Shown: one piece after another, positions 22,340-30,354 of the stretch | Layout: each line of letters opens with the position of its first letter | How positions within the stretch are numbered: position 1 is the stretch's first letter | Source: Octopus sinensis | Lineage: Eukaryota | Assembly: GCF_006345805.1 (NCBI RefSeq) | Contig: NW_021832945.1 | Coordinates: forward strand, 1 to 30,354 | Length of the DNA stretch: 30,354 nucleotides | Direction: 5' to 3' | Notes under the pieces: generated by a model | What the model saw: the letters and a program-made list of their open reading frames with translations, nothing else | Database searches by the model: none | Told to the model about the DNA's origin: nothing | Program-made: the position numbers and the translations under genes

Positions 22340-22359
22340 AAGTATGTACATATACATAT

Positions 22360-22457
<98 letters not shown>

Positions 22458-22485
22458 GATATATATATATATATTATTTATATTT
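22340..22485. repeat. (TA)n microsatellite
   Basis: Visible directly. Confidence 0.96.
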
Positions 22486-22512
22486 TATACGCTAATCTGT
22501 GGTATATAATGA

Positions 22513-22690
22513 GGCGGCGAGCTAGCAGGATTGTAAGCGGCAATGTCATCCGATGTTGCGAGTTCAAATTCTGCCAATGTCGTTCGGGATCGATAAATTA
22601 AGTGCCAGTTGAAGACTAGGGTCGATGTAATCAACTTATTCTATCATTCCTTCGAACATGCTGGCCTTGTGTCAAAATTTGAAAGCAATA
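22513..22690 (+). mobile_element. SINE family B, degenerate with internal deletions
   Basis: ggcggcgagctagcaggattgtaagc..gagttcaaattctgcc..gatcgataaattaagtgccagt..ggccttgtgtcaaaatttgaaagc. Confidence 0.82.
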
Positions 22691-22859
22691 TATGGAATAT
22701 AATAAAAGACTGTTCAAAGTACTGAACTTAAAAGATATTTTAGGTAATATAAAAGAGCGAAAAAGGTTTCAATTCCAGTTTGAAGTTTTCTTCATTAATT
22801 TATTACATATTTTTGATTTTAATTATTATGTATTCATTTATTCTATAAAACATTATGAT

Positions 22860-23085
22860 TATTGTTGTTGCTGATATTTTTTAACCCCGAGTTCAATCCT
22901 GTTTGAACAGACCTAAAATCAAGGACATCCCGGCTATGGTGATCCTGTAGTAACTTTTTTTTTCTACATGTAGGACATGGTTGACTAAGTCATACGTTTG
23001 TTTTTAAGGCGGTGAAAATTGTTTTTAAGACTGTAAAATATTTGGCTATTATTTTTCGCAGATTGAGTCATCACACTGAGGTCCC
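22860..23085 (-). mobile_element. Repeat family D, degenerate
   Basis: ttaaccccgagttcaatcctgtttgaacagacct..tatttggctattattttt..gaggtccca, preceded by ttgttg. Confidence 0.55.
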
Positions 23086-23384
23086 ATAGTGAGAAGAAGA
23101 AGAAGAAGAAGAAGAAGAAATGTCCCGACTGTTTTACATTACCGCCAGAGCTTTATGTTTATCTAATCCATAATTAATACAACCTAAACATGTGTGTGTT
23201 CATGCATATATGCAGGCACACATACATATATACTTGCATACATGCATGCATACAATAGATAGACTAGCATATTAAATGTAAACATTAAACAGGTTTTTTT
23301 TACTAATACTCTTGCGACTAGAAGAAACATTTACTTAGAATGGCTAATATTATTTAATCATCTTCAGTAAGTAGTTGTCTTGTT

Positions 23385-23495
23385 GACAAGAATCTTTATA
23401 GCGTCGAACGAATCGTATTTATTCCGGCTCCTTACTTTCTGAGTTCAAAACTCGTCAGAGTCAACTCTGCTTTTCATCCCTTCAAGGGAATGAAG
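23385..23495 (+). mobile_element. SINE family B fragment, old
   Basis: tttctgagttcaaaactcgtcagagtcaactctgcttttcatccc. Confidence 0.55.
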
Positions 23496-23667
23496 TCACA
23501 GTTTAGGACTGAAAAAACGGAACAGTTACAAATTGAAAAGTGATGCCTTGCATTATTTGTTCGAGGTTTCTCTATCTAAATACAAAATTTTGTCGTGGAC
23601 GACCTGTGTAGCATTTTTAATCCGCTTCCCATTTCAATATCACCATCTAATACTTGGACTCTTTTAA

Positions 23668-24275
23668 TCCTTTTGACATACCTGATATCGCCCTTGGTTC
23701 CAAGATGTAAACTTCCTGTTCGAAAGTGATCTAAACTAAAACCTTCCATCAACATTTTGTGTTGACTAATGTTTCCTACATCAGCTTGATAATCCTTCTA
23801 CTATAGGAACAAGGCCTGAAATTTGGGGGAAGGGGTAAGTGATACATTGACCCCAGTACGCAACTTATCGACTCCGAAATGATGATGAAGGCAAAGCTGA
23901 CCTCGGCGGAATTTGAAATCAGAACGTAGCGGCAGACGAAATGCCTATTTCTTTATTACCCACAAGGGGCTAAACATGGAGGGGAGAAACAAGGACAGAC
24001 AAACGGATTAAGTCGATTACATCGACCCCAGTACGTAACTGGTACTTAATTTATCGACCCCGAAAGGATGAAAGGCAAAGTCGACCTCGGCGGAATTTGA
24101 ACTTAAAACGTAGCGGCAGACGGAATACCGCTAAGCATTTCGCCCGGCGTGCAAACGATTCGTCGCCTTTAACATGAACTGAATAATAACAAAGTTATTT
24201 TACTAAATTCTTCGTTATTTTCAAAATTAACTAAAACATAGGCCGTATTTCAACAGAAATATGATAACTAGAGGA
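23668..24275. mobile_element. TTAA-flanked piggyBac-like MITE, interrupted by a SINE B dimer
   Basis: TTAA lies at 23664-23667 and 24276-24279, with inverted ends ttaatcct..aggattaa. The superfamily is inferred from TTAA plus short CCT/AGG-type termini. Confidence 0.55.
23790..24167 (-). mobile_element. Tandem (head-to-tail) SINE family B dimer
   Basis: A near full-length young monomer at 23945-24167 is followed directly on the minus strand by a 5'-truncated monomer that starts ggcatttcgtctgcc (23944 to about 23790). Confidence 0.85.
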
Positions 24276-24567
24276 TTAATGGAATCCACTCTGTTGCAAG
24301 CTTTGCAATATTTTTAATTCTCCTTTCTTCATCATGGGAGTTAAGCTTATAAAGGTTAAAATCATTTCAATTTTATTGAAGACGGCGATGTTTTTCCGTT
24401 CCTTTCTCGATCTTCATACAGCCTCCGCCTGGGGAAAGGCAGTACCCCCAACCCACGAGAAATACTGATCTAAATGACGCCCGTTTTCATTTCACTAACG
24501 GCACATATACACAAGTTTGTAGCGGAAGAATATATTCGATTTAAGTTAACCCCAATATATAACTGGT

Positions 24568-24780
24568 GAAGGTGCGTGGTTTAGTGATTATGGTATTGGA
24601 CTCATGATCGTAAGATTATAGTTTCGATGCCTGAACCGGGCGATGTGTTGTGTTCTTGAGCAAAAAACTTCATTTCGCGTAGCTCCAATCCACTCAGCTG
24701 GCAAAAGTGAGTAATCCTACGACGGACCAGCGTCCCATCATGGTGGGGAACTTATACGCCACGAAACTGGGAATGTGACT
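24568..24780 (+). mobile_element. SINE family C (related subfamily), degenerate
   Basis: gaaggtgcgtggtttagtg..catgatcgtaag..gtgttcttgagcaaaaaacttcatttc..gctccaatccactcagctggcaaaagtgagt; homologous to the 11202-11470 element. Confidence 0.78.
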
Positions 24781-25086
24781 TGAGAATGTAACTTTACCTT
24801 TACCTACCAGTTATAACTATCACCTATCTAATCTACTTTCAGAACAAAAAGAAAAGCTAAGGTGCATTCGGCGAGATTGGAACTAGAAAGATGGAGTAAG
24901 GAAAATTAATAGAGTAAAACATTCAGTCCTGCATCGTGTTATTTCTGCTATTTTATCCACGAAATAATTAAGAATAACTTCGGAAGAAGCCTCTGCGTTA
25001 TCGCAGGATGCGCAGAAAATAACATATCTCTTTTATCTATCGCATTTTGCTCCTTTGAAAAAGAAATTACACACTAGATATGCCCA

Positions 25087-25401
25087 GTGGCATATGTCGT
25101 AGTGGTTAATAGCGCGGGCTACTAACCCCAAGATTCCGAGTTCGATTCCAAGCAGTGACCTGCACAATAATAATAATAATATAATAATAATAATAATAAT
25201 AATAATAACATCGAAAAATACCTCAGGAATGAGAACCCAGGTTCGAAATTTCCCCAAGACACCTGATGAAGGCTGGAGGATATATCAGCCGAAACTTTGT
25301 GTTAACAACAGACAAGATGAGGAAAAATATCCGTTGAATGTAATAATGTAAATAATGCAAATAATGTACATAATTCCTCATCTCTTAAATATAAAACTGT
25401 A
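25087..25401 (+). mobile_element. tRNA-headed short element (SINE-like) carrying a hammerhead ribozyme
   Basis: A box tgtcgtagtgg (25095-25105), anticodon-like arm gggctactaaccc, B box gagttcgattcc (25138-25149), an (AAT)n spacer, the hammerhead at 25258-25303 and a 10-bp hairpin (25315-25324/25374-25383). Confidence 0.75.
25258..25303 (+). ncRNA. Minimal type I hammerhead motif (CUGAUGA core); stem III probably broken by one substitution
   Basis: GACAC-CUGAUGA-A-GGCUG gaggauauau CAGCC-GAAA-C U U-U/GUGUU. A G at 25296 would restore the AACGUU palindrome (inference). Confidence 0.75.
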
Positions 25402-25574
25402 CTAGATAATGTAGTTCCTGACACAAAGAAAAAAGATGGTTATAGATGAAAGCTTTTTGTTGATATATTTCTTTGATGGTGGCTGAGCAGAAAATGAACA
25501 ACGGCAACAATAATTTGATGTCTTTATTTGCTACTTTGTAATTTAGTGACCCATAACGAGTTGACATATTGTTC

Positions 25575-25770
25575 TACATTCGACTACCTAGAAATGACAG
25601 CCAAATCACCCTCATATAAAATACCGCCGTCTGAAAAGGAGAAAGAAATAAGAAAGTGTTAAATAATAAACTCTGAAATATCCATAATAAACGGTACGGT
25701 CATGGATGGAAGACCTCTGATCATAAAACTGTACGATGGAGGCTGACACCATTTTAACAGCAACAACAGG
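25575..25770 (+). mobile_element. Repeat family D, degenerate
   Basis: cctagaaatgacagccaaatcaccctca..ggtcatggatggaagacctctgatcata..ggctgac..aacagcaacaac. Confidence 0.6.
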
Positions 25771-26003
25771 ATATGTTTTTTTTTTGTCTGATCTCCCTAC
25801 CGCACACGCACTTCTTGTTAGTGGCAGAGTTTCAGCATAAAAGGTTATAGGCGCTAACCTTCCTCCACTAAGTAAGCTATAATTGGGACTAAGAAATGCT
25901 TAATCCCTTCTTCTAACCCATTTATCTACAATACATTCGGTCTTCATAAGTTTGATAAAATCCTATATATGAACACTTTTATGAAGCATAAAAACCTCTA
26001 TTT

Positions 26004-26039
26004 TTCCTGAAGAGGAATTTTTATCCGAAATATCAGGAA
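26004..26039 (+). ncRNA. Decayed hammerhead motif (apparent 2-nt deletion at the stem I/core junction)
   Basis: UUC-CUGAAGA-GGA auuuuua UCC-GAAA-UAU-C/AGGAA. The partner of AGGAA (UUCCU, 26004-26008) overlaps the core. The GAAAUAUC signature is the same as at 18164. Confidence 0.55.
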
Positions 26040-26741
26040 CTTCTACACACTATGCGAACTATTTTTATACCAATAAATGTAATGTTTGCCGGCGCAGATT
26101 ACCACCTTTCTCTTTGAGGGTTTTTTATTTTCTTTAATTTTCTGAAACAAAATAGCATTACTGAGGCAGAAAAGCTGCACTTCTCGTTAAAAAAAGTACT
26201 TTTCTTGGCTAAAATGCCTGAAAGGAGTGAAAAGGAAGCATAGGATTACATTTCTTGTCCTACCACAGATTTCTGTTTTATATGTGAATAACATGCGAAC
26301 ACTCCTTGCCAAACACTTTATTAATATTTAAATCTTTATATTATAAAGAAAAATAGAAATTTTGGAATGAATACGTTTTAAGATTCTAAAATCACCAAAT
26401 TACTGCTGCTGATAGTATTTTAAAGTATTTGGGAGCCTTGCAAAAAAAATCCGTGCCTAAATATTGATCTTAATCTTAATATTTTTTACTGATTTAATTG
26501 TTTCATTGGTTTGTTTTAATTTAATGCAAAATATAAACAGTACTGCGTCCTCAGGAAAATACAGGGAACGTCTATTGGCTCACACATCTAATAACATTGA
26601 TTGCACATCAACAGTAATATTCGCTAATATATAGAGAAGATTATCTACAATACATTCGGTCTTCATAAGTTTGATAAAATCCTACATTGGACCATATTTT
26701 GATTTAGGTATTGATCAGAGACTGTTGATGCTTTTTCTGTT

Positions 26742-27200
26742 ATTCCTTTTACTTGTTTCAGCCATGTGACTGTGACCATGCTGGAGCACCGGCCTTTAGT
26801 CGAGCAAATCCACCCCAGGACTTATTCTTTGTAAGCCTAGTACTTATTCTATCGGATATCTTTTGTCCGAAGCGCTAAGTTACGGGGACGTAAACACACC
26901 AGCATCGGTTGTCAAGCATGTTGGGGGACAAACAGACACACAAACGTATACAACACACACACACACCACACACACCACACACACACATATATATATATAT
27001 ATTATATATGTGTGTGTGTGTGTGTGTGTACATATATACGACGGGCTTCTTTCAATTTCCGTCTTCTTTCAGTTTTCTTTCAGCTTTGGTCGGCCCGAGG
27101 ATATAGTAGAAGACACTTGCCCAAGGTGCCACGCAGTGGAACTGTACCCAGAACTATGTGGTTGGTAAGCAAGCTACTTTCCACACAGCCACTCCTACGC
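26742..27200 (-). mobile_element. Full-length SINE family A with an expanded internal microsatellite
   Basis: Reverse complement of the family A consensus from the tail (acttgtttcag) to the head (cacacagccactcctacgc). Confidence 0.92.
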
Positions 27201-27254
27201 TAAACATAATTAAATCAGGTATGAAATCTGACATCGATATTAATTGAATTAAGC

Positions 27255-27450
27255 AAGCTGACGAGCTGGCAGAATTGTAAGCACGCCGGACAAAATTCCT
27301 AGCTGCATTTCATCCATCTTTACATTCTGAGTTCAGATACCGCGGGATCGACATTGCTTTTCATCTTTTCGAGGTATATAAAATATGTACCATTTGAGCA
27401 TTGAGGTCGATGTAATCAACTATAACCTTCCTCGAAATAGTTGGGCAATA
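27255..27450 (+). mobile_element. SINE family B, older copy
   Basis: gctgacgagctggcagaattgtaagcacgccgg..ttctgagttcag..ttgcttttcatc..gaggtcgatgtaatcaact. Confidence 0.85.
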
Positions 27451-27769
27451 TTTACTGAATTAAGCATTTCATCTATAAGAGTTGGCCTGGGCAAATATTG
27501 AAGACTAGAATTTCAAAGAAAATTGGTAAAAGCATGATGTAATTACCCTATCAAGAAACTTTATTTGCCATCACATTTTCCAAGTGTACAATATGCCTAA
27601 AATATTACAAAATTAAAATTTTGATCAGCTGCATGAAGTTAATTTGTAGCATGGCTCAAATGAAACAATAAACTGTAGATACACCTGATGGCCAATATAA
27701 ATACGATAATAAATTATGTCCAGCATATTAATAATATAAAAAAATAATCTGCACCATGAAAATAAATAC

Positions 27770-28282
27770 ATTAGTTTGTTAGATAAATTCGTTAGGTTTT
27801 TCTTTTTTCATTTATTCATCAAATTAAGGTGACAGATGACGGTATCATGAGAGCATCGCATCAGCTGGTTCACATTTCTAGTGGGTTGGCGTGGATCTTC
27901 GTGAGTGAGATGGTTCAACCGATCCTCATTGAACTCTCCGTAATGTGAAGAGTGTGTGAGGTCGAATTTCTCCCTCTTGAAACCTGAAAATAATTTCTGT
28001 GCAGTTATTTCAGTTATAAAACCTTCTCCACATGCATCGCAAATGTCTCGAGCGGCTTTGGCAGCTTTAGAACCATGGATGAAGGCGTAGAGAAGCAGGT
28101 GTCGAAAATGTTCTTTTTTCTACTTGGTACTTCATTGAATATTCAAATTTCAGAAGAGGAACAATAAATTTCAGAAGAGGAACAATAAAACTAAACAAAA
28201 ATTTAAAACACTTTGATAAATATATTTTTTGTGTTAATTCAAAACATTGGGAAGAAACGAATGAACTTATCTGGTAACCCAA
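27770..28282 (-). mobile_element. Internally deleted mariner (Tc1/mariner) retaining the transposase N-terminal HTH region and TIRs
   Basis: The ATG is at 28135 (minus). With one frameshift the frame reads MKYQVEK(K)EHFRHLLLYAFIHGSKAAKAARDICDACGEGFITEITAQKLFSGFKREKFDL..EFNEDRLNHLTHEDPRQPTR..CSHDTVICHL. The TIR ta-ttgggttaccagataagttc ends at 28284, and a weaker counterpart (17 of 24 matches) starts at 27770. Confidence 0.88.
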
Positions 28283-29483
28283 TAAATTGTCTATGTCGAA
28301 TATTTTACGATAACATGGATTATTGTTATATTTCGTTTTCGGAATGTCCATCTGTTTTTTGTATCGACATCAGCAAATACAGATAAAACATTGTCGAGAG
28401 ATACGAAAACTTTTTCCTTAAAGGACTGCTTGAAACAAAATTATAAGTGGCAATGGGACTCTGTCTAAGTTTGGGGAGTTTTGAATTACATGAGCATTCG
28501 ACATTTGAGGTCATCTGTTTTTTTCATCCCTCCTCGAGTGGTTAGACACAGAGCATTATTTACATCTTCAAATATGGACTTCCAAAGGTTTGCCATGAAA
28601 GCAGTTCAATGGTGCAAAGGTAACGATGCATTTTATTCTGATATCGTTCTTCAATTAATCCAGCATTAGACGGGAAATCAGCTGAAGTAGATCTGCATGG
28701 CTGCAAGTTACGAATGATTATGCCATTGTTATGGCCGAAAACTGTGGCCAGACGTGGGTTTAAATACACAAAGAGTTCCAATAAATTTGAGATTAGATGT
28801 GTAGCATTTTCTCGAGATTATCAAGACAAAACTAAATGGATCTGTAGAGTAATTACAGGAAAAAAAACTAGGTTCAATGGTCAACGTGATTCAAACAAAT
28901 AACGGCAGTGGAAGCAATATCAGAATCGATTTCGATTACAAAATTGTGAGGGCTCACTGCCGATTTGATGCACATCAAACAAACATGATGATTGGTTCTT
29001 GTGTTAAAACGATTTAAAACCATAGTACACAACCAACAAATACACCAAACCAATAGTCCATTCGCTACACTAATCGATCAATTATTCAGTTTTACCAGGC
29101 AGCGACAAGAAGCAGTGCCATACGCGTCTCAGACACTTTATGATATACCTCTTGTGATTATGTATCCATAAATATCATTAGAAACTGTTGAAGTGCTTAC
29201 TACTTTGTAGTCCTGTGAAAAACATTCTGTCTTTTTGTACATTGGATCTTAGAGTGCATTTCCCTTGCATTTTTGTCAAATGTATGTCACATGCAATATG
29301 CTATGACATACATACATATATAATATATATATATATATATAGATATATATATTATATATATATAATAATAATATATATACCGGAGTAAACGCATAAATGT
29401 GAAACAAGGTGGAAAAAAGAGTACTCAAATACCAGTGGTAGAGTAATATGCTTTATTTAAAGCAGCAGAAAATTCAACAAAAT

Positions 29484-29523
29484 CTGTTACTCTGAGTTTC
29501 TCTCGTTGCCGTTCATCAGACAG
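29484..29523 (-). ncRNA. Hammerhead motif in the left arm of the palindrome; stem II disrupted by an extra GA
   Basis: CUGU-CUGAUGA-ACG gcaa CGA GA-GAAA-CUCAGAG-UA/ACAG. Confidence 0.6.
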
Positions 29524-29540
29524 TTTTTTGCTAGCAAAAA

Positions 29541-29578
29541 CTGTCTGATGAACGGCAACGAGAAACTCAGAGTAACAG
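29541..29578 (+). ncRNA. Minimal type I hammerhead motif in the right arm of the palindrome
   Basis: CUGU-CUGAUGA-ACG gcaa CGA-GAAA-CU cag AG-UA/ACAG. It has a GNRA loop on stem II, an A.A mismatch at the first stem II pair and a GUA triplet. Confidence 0.72.
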
Positions 29579-29669
29579 AATTTGTTGAATTTTCTGCTGC
29601 TTTAAATAAAGTATATATATATATATATATATTATTCCCATACTATCTGTATGTTTTTCCGGTCCTTAA

Positions 29670-29960
29670 CTTTTCAGCAAGAATGGAAAAAATAAAACTT
29701 CGAGTTTTCCCCTAAGACATCCCCCTCCATAGTAAATATGAGTATTATGTGGCTACTCATTCACAGGATAAACGATTTCCTTAGAAGGATTAATGGAGAA
29801 CATACCAATTCGATATCAAACATAGAAAGAATACGAAACGAAGGATTACATAAGAAGTTCGACGGAATATTAGAAGCAGAAGAGCCCCCTCCAAATCCAC
29901 TCCTTGATAATTTTGAAAAAGACCTACTCAACCTCATAGAGAATTAAAATTCAAGATCCC
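29670..29960 (+). mobile_element. Decayed N-terminus of a Penelope-like element ORF
   Basis: The frameshifted reading ..KDIPLHSKYEY..LLIHRINDFLRRI..EEPPPNPLLDNFEKDLLNLIEN*KFK matches the PLE pre-RT pattern NIP.PSK..Y...LI.K...F..R.RW..PP..P.L..FE.DL..LI.NI.F (recalled family knowledge). It lies just downstream of the hammerhead pseudo-LTR. Confidence 0.72.
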
Positions 29961-30354
29961 CGTTAAGATATAATCACCACCTCAAGCATCTCAGTAAATT
30001 TAAACTTAGACTTTTTTGTTAGTATCAAATTGTGCCCATCCCCTTAGCTTCCCCTTTCCTTTCTCTTTGACAGCTTAAATAGCAGTAACTGATTAAATTC
30101 CTACCCCCTTCCTCCTCTTTCTGTGATTCTTGAAAATTTCATTAACTACCTGAACCACTACAACATAAGACTGTCATTTTTGCTTCTCATTCGGACTCCC
30201 TGATATTTTCGCATGATTGTACCCTAAATCTCTCCACAAAACTGGATTACGAACTATAAGGACATACATAAATTTTGTAAGTTCAAGACTTTTTCATTGG
30301 ATCTCCAAAAAATCGAACTTATCTGCGATTCTTGTAAATTTCAATAACAATCTG

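Larger units (their letters stand above)
29380..29611. mobile_element. Inverted PLE pseudo-LTR pair (161-bp palindrome 29451-29611) with two hammerheads
   Basis: The palindrome is centred on gctagc (29530-29535). The left part extends to ..tttactccggtat plus (TA)n on the minus strand. Confidence 0.82.

Noticed and set aside
25087-25165. Functional tRNA-Ser(ACT) gene
   Set aside because: The anticodon stem has only 3 good pairs, there is no long variable arm or clean acceptor stem, and it is followed by (AAT)n. It is better explained as a SINE head.

Overview
AT-rich eukaryotic non-coding DNA, most likely intronic or intergenic sequence from an octopus or related coleoid cephalopod. The taxon is inferred from my recollection of the SINE families and the microsatellite load, not from a search. 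I found no intact protein-coding gene. The provided ORFs are microsatellite translations, antisense readings of repeats, or pieces of decayed transposon genes. Recognisable content: (1) the 3' end of an R4/Dong-type RLE LINE; (2) three decayed Penelope-like element (PLE) coding fragments (RT plus GIY-YIG, GIY-YIG only, and an N-terminus); (3) an internally deleted mariner; (4) a TTAA-flanked piggyBac-like MITE; (5) about 20 copies or fragments of four SINE-type families; (6) long simple repeats. The most notable signal, read directly from the sequence, is eight minimal type I hammerhead ribozyme motifs, some with intact cores and some decayed. Most lie in foldback or direct-repeat non-autonomous elements, and one is joined to a tRNA-like Pol III head. 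Hammerheads in PLEs and retrozymes are established. Their density, diversity and arrangements here are what merit follow-up. All coordinates were counted by hand, and repeat boundaries are approximate (tens of bp).
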